Assembly (NCBI GenBank): GCA_048498995.1
Contig: JBEHWX010000014.1
Span: forward strand, 8,921-72,920
Length of the DNA stretch: 64,000 nt
From: Bacteroidota bacterium
GTDB lineage: Bacteria > Bacteroidota > Ignavibacteria > OLB7
Reading direction: 5' to 3'
Below, in pieces: positions 32,479 to 42,272 of this stretch (positions are counted from its first letter, which is position 1; the number at the start of each line of letters is the position of its first letter). The notes beneath the pieces are model-generated. The model searched no databases, was not told where the DNA came from, and saw only the letters and a list, made by a program, of their open reading frames with translations. Made by a program: the position numbers and the translations under genes.

Positions 32479-33854
32479 ACGGAGATGATGATCGTCCGCG
32501 GGAGCCGGAGCTCGGCCGGTACTACTCCGAGGGACCGGTATTCCGATCGCTCTCGGAGATCACCGGAACGCCACTTCGCGACGAGAAGGTCCATGAGCTG
32601 ACCGAGGCGCGCGTGCTCTACGTGAACCACGAGCTGATCCTGCGCGACTTCCCGGAGCTTGCCGCCGATATCTCAACCGCGCGCGATCGTTCACGGGAGC
32701 ATCTCCAGGCGCCCGTCGACCGGTGGCTGCTCTCCAACGTCGCGTTCATCTCCACCAGCCAGGCATCGCAGTGTGAGGCGAACACGCCGATCCCGTCGCG
32801 TCCCTCGGAGGTGATCGCCACGCGGCCGCATGCCTACGGTCGTGCGCTCCTCTTCTCGATCGCCGCCAATCGGCGGCCGGGCACCGCGCCGAACGATCTG
32901 CGGATGGCGGCCGAGGGATTGCTCGACGTGAAGGGGAGCGGCTGCGCTCCCGACGTGACGCCGAGGATCGGGACGCATCGCGACGGGCTGCTGAAGCTGA
33001 GCGACGCGCTCCTCGAAGTGCTCAACCAGCAGCTTATCGAAGCGATCTTCCGCCATGCCGGCACCGGATTCTCCACGGTGCCGATCTACGCGGTGATCGA
33101 TCCCGGGTTCGACATCAAGCTCCCGCGGGATCGCACGGCGCCGGCCGGGCTTCTGGTGCGCCGCGCGCATCGCCGGCCGAAAGGGGGCGCGGCGCTGCCG
33201 AAGTACGGGACGCCGGAACAGATCGTGCAGCTGGAAGTCGAGCTGCTGCTGCGTCGCTACGGCATCACGTCGAGCAATCAGATAACGTCGATCCTCTTTC
33301 GCGAGGAGAACGGGGAGCTTCGGGTCAGGTGGGGGAGAACCGAGCTCGAATGGCTGAAGCCGAAGGATCTGGCGACGCTGCGCAAGGCCTCGCGCTTCGA
33401 CGGCACGCCGCTGCTCATCGACGGGGTGAACGTGCAGCTTACCCAGACCGTGTCGGTCGATCCGTTGCGATGCGAGCTGATCGACTTCGGCACGTATCGG
33501 GTCTTCGCGTCGTTCGACCGGCCGCTGCTCAGCCTGGTCACCGACCGGCTGCTGCGATGGGGCGGAGCGATCCGCCCGGGAGAGCCGCGGTTCGTGGTTC
33601 CCGATCCCGCCGTCAGGATCCCGTGCGAGACCTGGGGCCCGGTCGTCGACGGTGACGGCGAGACGCATCTCGATATCTTCTGCGCGGAGCTGGCCTCGGC
33701 CCTCGAGGCGCGGAGCATGGGGCGCGACGAGCTTCACGCGGCGCTGGACGCCATGCTCCGCGAGGCGACGCGCGGATGGCATGGGACCGGCGGTGCGCCG
33801 GTGTCGGATATCTCGCGCTCGGAACAACAACAACAACATCGAACAGTCAGATGA
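32475..33854 (+). CDS. Hypothetical protein (459 aa), no recognisable motifs
   Basis: It has an ATGA overlap with both neighbours. Codon usage is consistent across the ORF, and the product is a soluble protein. Confidence 0.4.
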   Translation: MNGDDDRPREPELGRYYSEGPVFRSLSEITGTPLRDEKVHELTEARVLYVNHELILRDFPELAADISTARDRSREHLQAPVDRWLLSNVAFISTSQASQCEANTPIPSRPSEVIATRPHAYGRALLFSIAANRRPGTAPNDLRMAAEGLLDVKGSGCAPDVTPRIGTHRDGLLKLSDALLEVLNQQLIEAIFRHAGTGFSTVPIYAVIDPGFDIKLPRDRTAPAGLLVRRAHRRPKGGAALPKYGTPEQIVQLEVELLLRRYGITSSNQITSILFREENGELRVRWGRTELEWLKPKDLATLRKASRFDGTPLLIDGVNVQLTQTVSVDPLRCELIDFGTYRVFASFDRPLLSLVTDRLLRWGGAIRPGEPRFVVPDPAVRIPCETWGPVVDGDGETHLDIFCAELASALEARSMGRDELHAALDAMLREATRGWHGTGGAPVSDISRSEQQQQHRTVR

Positions 33855-34402
33855 GCATTCGTATTCCGGTGATTCTCGGGAGCAGCAGGGTGGGGCGGAA
33901 GAGCGTCGGCATTGCCCGCTACGTGGAGGAGCAATTGCGTGGATGGCCGGAGGTCGAGACGCGTCTGATCGATCTCGCCGAGCTGAATCTGCCGGTGATG
34001 GACTACCGTCTGTCCGAGATGCAGGACCCGCCCGCGGCGCTCGTCGACCTTTCCGAGACCTTCCGCTCGGCCGATGGGCTGGTTATCGTGACGCCGGAAT
34101 ACAAGAACGGCATCCCCGGCGTGCTCAAGAACGCGCTCGATTATCTGGAGGCGGATATCCTCCGGCGCACCCCGGTGGGGATCTGCACGGTCTCCTCGGG
34201 AGAGTTCGGCGGCATCAACTGCCTCGCGCATCTGAGGCTCGTTATCCTCGCGATGGGAGGCGTGCCGATTCCCCTCAAGCTCGCGGTCTCCAACGTCAAG
34301 GATCTGCTGGACGAGCAGGGGGCGCCCGATTCCCCGACGTTCGCTTCCCGCGCCCGACGGTTCCTGGAGGAAATGCTCTGGTACACGGAGCGATTGAAGT
34401 GA
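33851..34402 (+). CDS. NADPH-dependent FMN reductase family (flavodoxin-like) oxidoreductase
   Basis: The sequence IPVILGSSRVGRKSVGIARYV...GLVIVTPEYKNGIPGVLKNALDYL is the classic FMN_red pattern. It overlaps the upstream gene by ATGA. Confidence 0.7.
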   Translation: MSIRIPVILGSSRVGRKSVGIARYVEEQLRGWPEVETRLIDLAELNLPVMDYRLSEMQDPPAALVDLSETFRSADGLVIVTPEYKNGIPGVLKNALDYLEADILRRTPVGICTVSSGEFGGINCLAHLRLVILAMGGVPIPLKLAVSNVKDLLDEQGAPDSPTFASRARRFLEEMLWYTERLK

Positions 34403-35209
34403 GGTGATATCGCGGCGCGCGCGTCGGGTCCTGAAATCATCCGCTCCATCTCCTTCCGCACGTGCGGCCCTCCGTGGCCGCCCTTGACATATACCGCCAC
34501 GATCCGGCCTCATTGCACCTTGCACCGGAGTATCCCGCGTTTTCTCGCGACCATGGATCATTGCGCCCCGCCGTTACGGCCCCCTTCCTTTGGGCTATCC
34601 GGCGTGATGACACACGCGAAAAAATAAGTGGGAGATAATCTGCCGACCCATCAAGGATGTGACCTGCCGCGACGAGCTCCTCGGATCATGATATTGGTCA
34701 TTCGATCGGAAAATCCGACAATATCGGACGCGCGACGGGAGCATTTCCGGATCGTGACGGGAAATTGTTGCACGCGGCTCGTGGTGCAAGCTCCTGCTTG
34801 AGATATCGGATGGCAACATGCTATCATGACATTTCCGCCACGCAATCTTCCATCCCATCACCGGCATGACAGGCGGAATTTCATGTCATGAATCACGCGC
34901 GATTTCCCCCGCCGCGCGCGTCGCGAGGATCGCATGTGGAGACACGAAAAAGTTCCGCGCTCTCGGCAAGAGGGCTTGCTCGGCCTGGGTCCCACCGTTA
35001 CCTTTGGCGCGGATCCCACTCCCGATCCGTATCAATTACCGCATAGCACCACTGGATCCCGAAGGATTCCTGTTCACGGTGCAGTTATGGCGATGATCGT
35101 CCCGACGCATGTCAGGGCATCTTGCCGAGGTTCGGCCGTTTGACGCGTTCGCTCGTGCCACAGGTCCTCCCGCGAGCATCACGTTGTCTCAATCGACCCG
35201 CATCGAGCT

Positions 35210-36535
35210 ATGCGGGCGGGAAGGGGCTTGCCATGTCGTGTCGTCCAACTTCATCGCATGCACCACACTATGCCACGTAAGCGAATTGGCGATATCAGCG
35301 AGAGCCTGGAGTTTCTCAGGCGCCTCGAAAATCACTATCGCCGTCAGCCTCAGGAGGTCCGAATCCGAGCATTGCGCATTCTTCGCGAGCATCCCGGGAT
35401 GAGAATCAGGGATGTCGCCGTCAGAGCCGAATGCTCCGAAAGCTCCGTTCAGCGATGGTGGGATCTCTACCGTCGCAACGGGATCGCCGCCGTTATCGGC
35501 GCTACTCGACTGCCAGCCATGTTGACCGATTCCGAGCGGGTCGAGGAGCTGCGCCGCATTCTTCGCCGGGATGACGGGGCGCGAAGTCAGTCCGCGTCGG
35601 GCGAGGCTCGCCTGCCGGTCTCACCATTCCTCTCCGATCTCGCCGGCCACGTTCCGGTTGGCCATGTCCCGGCGGGCAATCATCCGGCCGGAGACCGAAC
35701 CGTCCATGACGTGGCGGCACCCGGTCGCGAGCTGCCGGACGCCGCGCCGGCACGCGCGACCATTCTCGAGTTTCTCCGTTCCCTGCCGGCCGCCGGCGGG
35801 ACCCGTCAGTGGCTCGAAACGTTCCGTGAGGCGCTGCGCGGCATGCTCTACTGCGTGGACCGGGTGACGGTGAGCCTGAACGTCGAATGTGATGTCAGGA
35901 ATCCCGACAGTTATGCTCCCGGAATCGTGGTGGCGCAACAGGTTTCAGATCAGATGGAGCCGGCCAGCGTCATCACCTCCATGCCGCGCCCCGGAGGTGC
36001 CGGCATCGCCTCCCGCTTCGTCGGCGAGCTTCGCCGGCGCGGCCTCGCCGTCGACAGTTACCAGCCGCCGGTCGAGCTGCATTACTACATCAACGGTACC
36101 GCGTATCTGGGGACCATCATCCTCTGGCGGGAGGCGCGCATGCCGGCGATACCGGAGCGGACGCTCGCGTTGATGCGGGATCTGGAGCCGATGATCGTGG
36201 TGCTACTCTCCGACTGCATCGCGCGGCACCAGCGGGCGTGTCCGCTCGATCGGGCGTTCAACGGCGCGCTCCGCAGGTTGATACAGGAGGCGGGCCTCAC
36301 CGACCAGGAGGCGCGCATCGCCCTGATGCAGCTTCATGGCCGCTCCTACAAGGAGATCGCCGATCTGCTCGATATTTCGCTCGACACCGTCGGCAAGCAC
36401 ATCAATTCCATTCACCGCAAGACGCGCACGAGGGGGCATGCCGAGCTGTTCGCCAAGTATTTCACGAAATCGCTGGGTGGCGGTTTCCTGACAGCCGACG
36501 TGTCAGGTTCCACCGGACCTTCCAGAAACCTGTAG
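35210..36535 (+). CDS. LuxR-family transcriptional regulator with an N-terminal transposase-like HTH
   Basis: The C-terminal LuxR HTH reads LTDQEARIALMQLHGRSYKEIADLLDISLDTVGKHINSIHRKT. The N-terminus reads RIRDVAVRAECSESSVQRWWDLYRRNGIAAV, which is IS630/HTH_23-like. The start may be the ATG at 35270. It lies immediately upstream of the sheath array. Confidence 0.65.
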   Translation: MRAGRGLPCRVVQLHRMHHTMPRKRIGDISESLEFLRRLENHYRRQPQEVRIRALRILREHPGMRIRDVAVRAECSESSVQRWWDLYRRNGIAAVIGATRLPAMLTDSERVEELRRILRRDDGARSQSASGEARLPVSPFLSDLAGHVPVGHVPAGNHPAGDRTVHDVAAPGRELPDAAPARATILEFLRSLPAAGGTRQWLETFREALRGMLYCVDRVTVSLNVECDVRNPDSYAPGIVVAQQVSDQMEPASVITSMPRPGGAGIASRFVGELRRRGLAVDSYQPPVELHYYINGTAYLGTIILWREARMPAIPERTLALMRDLEPMIVVLLSDCIARHQRACPLDRAFNGALRRLIQEAGLTDQEARIALMQLHGRSYKEIADLLDISLDTVGKHINSIHRKTRTRGHAELFAKYFTKSLGGGFLTADVSGSTGPSRNL

Positions 36536-37043
36536 TTGTTTCCCTTGCCCTCACGGGACTAGATTGCAACCGTTCGATTCGGCGTCCACCCGCGTGGTGG
36601 GCGCCGGGTCGCCACATCACCAGATATCCGCAGCGAATCCGTTGCACGAGCTTCATCAAGGGCGCCAGACGCGCCGCGACCGGGAATGAGATCCGGGGAG
36701 CAGTATTCGAGATCGATACGCGCCGGACATCCGAAGCGCCACCGCGCACACCGCGATAACAACAATTGAACAGCAGGCTCCGATCACGGAGCTCACGCCG
36801 GACGACGATGGCGCATGGGACCTGCGCGCATCGATCGTCGGATTTCCAACCGTTGGACGAGAGCGTTGGATTTCCCGTCGTCGGAATTTTCCGTGTCTGA
36901 GCTTCCGTCGCGCGGCATGATGCGCCTGCGGAGCAGGCTCACGCCCATGGCCGGGCAGGCATTATCGGAACGAGATTTCGGTTTCTCTCACACACATACA
37001 CCATCAGATCACCGACTGCAACCAGTACAAGGAGAACATTGCA

Positions 37044-38588
37044 ATGCCAGTCACACCAACATATCCGGGCGTCTACATCGAGGAGCTCCCGAGCGGCGTA
37101 CGGACCCTGATCGGCGTCGGCACGTCGATCACGGCCTTCGTCGGCCGCGCGCTCCGCGGCCCGGTCGATGAGCCGGTTCTGATCCACAGCTACGGCGATT
37201 TCGAGCGCACCTTCGGCGGCCTCTGGACCAAGAGCACCATGAGCTATCAGGTGCGCCAGTATTTCCTCAACGGCGGCTCGGACGCCATCATCGTCCGTAC
37301 CGTCGGCGCCTCGGGCACCCTCGCCGCCTTGTACGCGGCTCCGGCCCCCGCCGGAACCCTGACGATCTCCGCCGTCTCCCCCGGTGCCTGGGGCAACAGC
37401 GTGAAGATCAGCGTCGACAAAACCAATCTGATCGACATGGCCGACGCCGATCTGTTCCACCTGTATGTTACCGAGGTGGATCCGACCGACACGACCAAGA
37501 CCGTCAAGTACGAGCCCTTCTATAACGTCTCGGTCAATCCTGTTTCCCCCCGTTACATCGTGAAGGTCCTCGAGAACGAGTCGACGCTCGTGCGCGCCAC
37601 CGGAACGATCCCGGCCGACGCTCCGAATGCGCTTGCGTATACTTTCCTTGCCAGCGGCGCCGACGGTGCCGTGCTGACGGCGACCGAGGTGATCGGCAAC
37701 TCGGGGAACAAGACCGGCATGTACGCGCTCGAGAAGGCCGACCTGTTCAACATCCTCTGCCTGCCGCCGACGCTCAACGGCTCGGACGTTCTGGTCGACA
37801 TCGACACGGCCAGCTGGGGCGCCGCCCAGACCTATTGCAAGAAGCGTCGCGCCGTCGTGCTGATCGATCCGCCTGCGGCGTGGGACACGCTCGCCGAGGT
37901 GTACAACACGCCGGGCTTCACCAGCCTCAGCATCGCCGATGAGAACTCGGCCTTCTACTGGCCGTGGGTGGTGGTCTCCGATCCGCTGAAGGGGAACCAG
38001 CCGCTTTCGATCGCCCCGTGCGGCACGGTCGCCGGCGTGATTGCCCGCACCGATGCCGACCGCGGCATCTGGAAAGCTCCGGCCGGCATCGATGCCAACC
38101 TCGTCGGCGTTCAGTCGCTGGCCGTGAAGGTCACCGACGCCGAGAACGGCCAGCTCAACCCGCTCGGCGTGAACGTGCTCCGCACGCTGCCGGCCGCCGG
38201 CAACGTGGTCTGGGGCGCCCGCACCACCAAGGGTGCCGATCGCCTTGCCTCCGATTGGAAGTACCTGCCGGTGCGCCGTCTGGCCCTCTACATCGAGGAG
38301 AGCCTGTATCGCGGCACGCAGTGGGTCGTCTTCGAGCCGAACGACGAGTCGCTCTGGGCTCAGATCCGCCTGAACGTCGGTGCCTTCATGCACCAGCTCT
38401 TCCGCCAGGGTGCCTTCCAGGGCGCCAAGCCGTCCGAGTCCTACTTCGTCAAGTGCGACAAGGAGACCACCACGCAGAACGACATCAACCAGGGCGTGGT
38501 CAACGTCATCGTCGGCTTCGCGCCGCTGAAGCCGGCCGAGTTCGTCATCATCAAGCTCCAGCAGATCGCCGGGCAGATCGTCGCCTAA
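37044..38588 (+). CDS. Contractile tail sheath protein (eCIS/Afp2-4-like), paralogue S1
   Basis: An AGGAGA RBS precedes the N-terminus MPVTPTYPGVYIEELPSGVRTLIGVGTSITAFVG. The middle carries YALEKADLFNILCLPP. The C-terminus reads DWKYLPVRRLALYIEESLYRGTQWVVFEPNDE...FVKCDKETTTQNDINQGVVNVIVGFAPLKPAEFVIIKLQQIAGQIVA. Confidence 0.9.
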   Translation: MPVTPTYPGVYIEELPSGVRTLIGVGTSITAFVGRALRGPVDEPVLIHSYGDFERTFGGLWTKSTMSYQVRQYFLNGGSDAIIVRTVGASGTLAALYAAPAPAGTLTISAVSPGAWGNSVKISVDKTNLIDMADADLFHLYVTEVDPTDTTKTVKYEPFYNVSVNPVSPRYIVKVLENESTLVRATGTIPADAPNALAYTFLASGADGAVLTATEVIGNSGNKTGMYALEKADLFNILCLPPTLNGSDVLVDIDTASWGAAQTYCKKRRAVVLIDPPAAWDTLAEVYNTPGFTSLSIADENSAFYWPWVVVSDPLKGNQPLSIAPCGTVAGVIARTDADRGIWKAPAGIDANLVGVQSLAVKVTDAENGQLNPLGVNVLRTLPAAGNVVWGARTTKGADRLASDWKYLPVRRLALYIEESLYRGTQWVVFEPNDESLWAQIRLNVGAFMHQLFRQGAFQGAKPSESYFVKCDKETTTQNDINQGVVNVIVGFAPLKPAEFVIIKLQQIAGQIVA

Positions 38589-38616
38589 CCACCAACTCCA
38601 GCAAGGACAGTAAACA

Positions 38617-40215
38617 ATGCCTACTACACCAACGTATCCTGGCGTGTATATCCAGGAAATTCCGAGCGGCGTCCGGAGCATTTCGGGAGTCGGCACCTCG
38701 ATCACCGCTTTCATCGGCCTCGCGCTGCGCGGCCCGATCGACGAGCCGACGCTGATCCACGGCTACGGCGACTTCGAGCGGATCTTCGGCGGCCAGTGGA
38801 TCAACAGCGGCATGTCGTACTCGGTGAAGCACTACTTCCAGAACGGCGGCTCCGATGCCTTGATCGTGCGCATCATCCCGTCGAACGCCATCAAGGGGAA
38901 GACCGATCTCGACGCCGGCTCGAGCACGAAGGTGACGCTCGTGGCGGCCAACGAAGGGGCCTGGTACAAGAACATCTACGCGACGGTCGACTACAACGTG
39001 AACGTGTCGAACACCGATCCGACCTACGGCAAGGTGTTCAACCTGACGATCCGTGAGTATCTGACCAATCCGAACACCGACGCCAACGCGGTGCTGGTGC
39101 GCGAGGAAGTGATCCGGAATATCTCGGTGGACGCGACGGCGGCACGGTACATCGGCACGGTGCTGGCCAACGAGTCGTCGCTGGTGCGGTTCGATCCGGC
39201 CTCGACGGCGACGGTCAAGCCGTTGGCGGTGACCAATCAGGCGGTTGTCAGCGGCACTCCGGGGTCCGACGGCACGATTGCCAACGCGACGGTGACCGGC
39301 ACGAACTACACGACCGGCAAGCGGGGCCTGTACGCACTGGACAAGGCGGACTTGTTCAACATGCTGGTTCTGCCGCCGCTGACCCGTGACTCGGGGGGAG
39401 TCTGGACGGATGTTGCCAACAGCCTCGACGCGACCAACGGGGCGATCTGGAGCACGCTGATCTCGTACGCCAAGTCGCGCCGGGCCGTGGTGATCGTCGA
39501 TCCGGCCACCACCTGGACCAGCGTCTCCGCGGCGCAGTCCGGTGTTGCCGCGATGAGCCTCGCGCAGGAGAACGCGGCGATCTATTTCCCGCAGATCACC
39601 GTCGCCGACCCGCTTCGTGGCAACACGCTCGAGAATTTCGCGCCGTCGGGCGCGGTTGCCGGCGTGATCGCCCGCACCGACGCCGAGCGTGGCGTCTGGA
39701 AGGCTCCGGCCGGTCTCGACGCCCGTCTCGTCGGCGTCGCCAAGCTCTCGCAGTCGCTGACCGACGGCGAGAATGGCAGCCTGAATCCGCTCGGCATCAA
39801 CGTGCTCCGCACGCTTCCGGCGGCGGGCAACGTGGTCTGGGGCGCCCGTACCATGCGCGGTGATGATCGCCTGGCTTCCGACTGGAAGTACCTGCCGGTG
39901 CGCCGTCTGGCCCTCTACATCGAGGAGAGCCTGTATCGCGGCACGCAGTGGGTCGTCTTCGAGCCGAATGACGAGCCGCTCTGGGGACAGATTCGTCTGA
40001 ATGTGGGTGCGTTCATGCACCAGCTCTTCCGCCAGGGTGCCTTCCAGGGCGCCAAGCCGTCCGAGTCCTACTTCGTCAAGTGCGACAAGGAGACCACCAC
40101 GCAGAACGACATCAACCAGGGCGTGGTCAACATCATCGTCGGGTTCGCTCCGTTGAAGCCGGCCGAGTTCGTCTTCATCAAGCTCCAGCAGATGGCTGGT
40201 CAGATCGTCTCGTAA
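38617..40215 (+). CDS. Contractile tail sheath protein, paralogue S2
   Basis: MPTTPTYPGVYIQEIPSGVRSISGVGTSITAFIG; the 3' ~370 nt are ~95% identical to S1; central region divergent. Confidence 0.9.
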   Translation: MPTTPTYPGVYIQEIPSGVRSISGVGTSITAFIGLALRGPIDEPTLIHGYGDFERIFGGQWINSGMSYSVKHYFQNGGSDALIVRIIPSNAIKGKTDLDAGSSTKVTLVAANEGAWYKNIYATVDYNVNVSNTDPTYGKVFNLTIREYLTNPNTDANAVLVREEVIRNISVDATAARYIGTVLANESSLVRFDPASTATVKPLAVTNQAVVSGTPGSDGTIANATVTGTNYTTGKRGLYALDKADLFNMLVLPPLTRDSGGVWTDVANSLDATNGAIWSTLISYAKSRRAVVIVDPATTWTSVSAAQSGVAAMSLAQENAAIYFPQITVADPLRGNTLENFAPSGAVAGVIARTDAERGVWKAPAGLDARLVGVAKLSQSLTDGENGSLNPLGINVLRTLPAAGNVVWGARTMRGDDRLASDWKYLPVRRLALYIEESLYRGTQWVVFEPNDEPLWGQIRLNVGAFMHQLFRQGAFQGAKPSESYFVKCDKETTTQNDINQGVVNIIVGFAPLKPAEFVFIKLQQMAGQIVS

Positions 40216-40505
40216 TCCCCTTGGGAGCGGCCCCGACGTTTCGTCGCCGCCAGCTCCCTCCCGGCAGGGGATTGCTCGGCTCGAAGTCTGGGCGGGGTGT
40301 CCTGCACATCCCGCCCGGCTCGCGCCGGCAAGAGCGCAACAGCCCCAACGGCCGCGCGCTTCGCTCCCGGGAAGCCGCCACGGAAGTTTTCCCGGAAGTC
40401 GTCGTCATACAGCTTCGGCGCGGAATGCCGGACTGATAGCGTCGCAATGCCCGTAGTCGTTCGTTACCGATCCAGCAGCATTCGCCACCAAGCAACATCA
40501 CTGCA

Positions 40506-42116
40506 ATGCCCCTTCCGACATCATATCCCGGCGTATACGTTCAGGAATTGCCCAGCCAGTCCCGCGCGATCGCTCCGGTGGGAGCCACCATCACCGCGTT
40601 CATCGGACAGGCGATGCGGGGCGAGATGAACAAGCCGACGCTGATCAACGGCTTCGGCGATTACGAGCGGATCTTCGGCGGCCTCAATTATCTGAGCACG
40701 ATGAGCTACGCCGTCCGCGATTATTTCCTCAACGGTGGGTCGAACGCGGCGATCGTGCGTGTCGGCACGACGGCCGGATATACCTGGCGCAAGGGGCTTA
40801 CACGTCTGCCGACGTCGGATGCCCTGCAGTATCTCTTCCTGGAAGCGAAGTCCGAGGGAGCGTGGGTCAACAAGTGCATCGTCAGCGTCAGTTGGACTAC
40901 CTCCAATCCGAGCGATACCAACCTGTTTTCGCTCATCATCAAGGAATATTCCTATACCCATGCCGACTACGCCGATGTGGTCAACGACCCGGTGGTCGGG
41001 CAGGAAACTATCTACAATCTTTCGATCGATCCGAGCTCTCCCCGGTACGTCGTCAACGTGCTCGAGCAGGAGTGCGAGCGTCTGCGGGTTCAACCCGGAT
41101 CGACCGTTCCGACCGTGCGCCCGACGGCGTCGTCGTATCTGAATTTCAACCTCCGAACCGGTGTCGATGGCGTCGCGGCCGACGTGGATTATCTCGGCGA
41201 TTCCGTGCTGAAGAAAGGGATCTACGCGCTCGACCTCCTCGATCGTTTCGATGTTCTCTGCATTCCGCCGATCACGCGCGTGACGACCGGCGGCACCGGC
41301 AATGACGTCGGGCTTTCCACGTGGCAGGCGGCGCTGGCCTACTGCAAGCAGAGGCGCGCCATGCTCGTGGTCGATCCTCCGGCGTCGTGGACCAGCGTAT
41401 CGGCGGTTACCAACGCCACGACCGGCATCGACGGATCGTCCGGATCGAGCTACAAAAGTCTGCGCGATGAGAACGCGCTGATCACGTTCCCGCGCGTCTA
41501 CGCATCTGATCCGCTCAGCGCCAACCGCCTCGATCTCTTTGCCGCGTGCGGGGCCGTCGCCGGCGTCATCGCCGGCACCGATGGCAAGCGCGGCATCTGG
41601 AAGGCTCCGGCCGGACTCGATGCGCGCCTCGTCGGCATCTCCACCCCCGCGGTCAGGATGACCGAAGCGGAGATCGGCACGCTCAACCCGCTCGGCGTGA
41701 ACGCCATCAGGACCATGCCGGGGGCGGGCGTGGTGCTGTGGGGCTCGCGCACGCTGGAGGGAGCCGATCGCCTTGCCTCCGATTGGAAGTACCTGCCGGT
41801 GCGCCGTCTGGCCCTCTACATCGAGGAGAGCCTGTATCGCGGCACGCAGTGGGCCGTCTTCGAGCCGAACGACGAGCCGCTCTGGGGGCAGATCCGTCTG
41901 AACGTTGGAGCGTTCATGCATCAGCTCTTCCGCCAGGGTGCGTTCCAGGGGGCCAAGCCGAGCGAGGCCTATTTCGTCAAATGCGACCAGGAGACCACCA
42001 CGCAGAACGACATCAACCAGGGGGTGGTCAACGTTATCGTCGGCTTCGCGCCGTTGAAGCCGGCCGAGTTCGTCATTATCAAGCTCCAGCAGATCGCCGG
42101 GCAGATACTATCGTAA
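40506..42116 (+). CDS. Contractile tail sheath protein, paralogue S3
   Basis: MPLPTSYPGVYVQELPSQSRAIAPVGATITAFIG; conserved C-terminal block identical to S1/S2 family; it is preceded by a ~290-bp spacer. Confidence 0.9.
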   Translation: MPLPTSYPGVYVQELPSQSRAIAPVGATITAFIGQAMRGEMNKPTLINGFGDYERIFGGLNYLSTMSYAVRDYFLNGGSNAAIVRVGTTAGYTWRKGLTRLPTSDALQYLFLEAKSEGAWVNKCIVSVSWTTSNPSDTNLFSLIIKEYSYTHADYADVVNDPVVGQETIYNLSIDPSSPRYVVNVLEQECERLRVQPGSTVPTVRPTASSYLNFNLRTGVDGVAADVDYLGDSVLKKGIYALDLLDRFDVLCIPPITRVTTGGTGNDVGLSTWQAALAYCKQRRAMLVVDPPASWTSVSAVTNATTGIDGSSGSSYKSLRDENALITFPRVYASDPLSANRLDLFAACGAVAGVIAGTDGKRGIWKAPAGLDARLVGISTPAVRMTEAEIGTLNPLGVNAIRTMPGAGVVLWGSRTLEGADRLASDWKYLPVRRLALYIEESLYRGTQWAVFEPNDEPLWGQIRLNVGAFMHQLFRQGAFQGAKPSEAYFVKCDQETTTQNDINQGVVNVIVGFAPLKPAEFVIIKLQQIAGQILS

Positions 42117-42272
42117 CACTCCGGTATCGGCGCGGACTCGTTATTCCGAGTCCGGATCAAATGCAGTGCCCCGAGCCGAACGGGCCCGCGATTACGACTT
42201 GAATATGACATATCGTCTCGTTATCCAACGAGCACCACGCAACCATTCACGGCAAGACTCAAGCAAGATCCC

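Noticed and set aside
34403-35209. AT-richer 800-bp intergenic region as a possible small mobile element or ncRNA
   Set aside because: It has no terminal inverted repeats, no direct repeats, no transposase fragment and no convincing RNA structure. It is most simply the promoter region upstream of the LuxR regulator, at the boundary of an acquired island.
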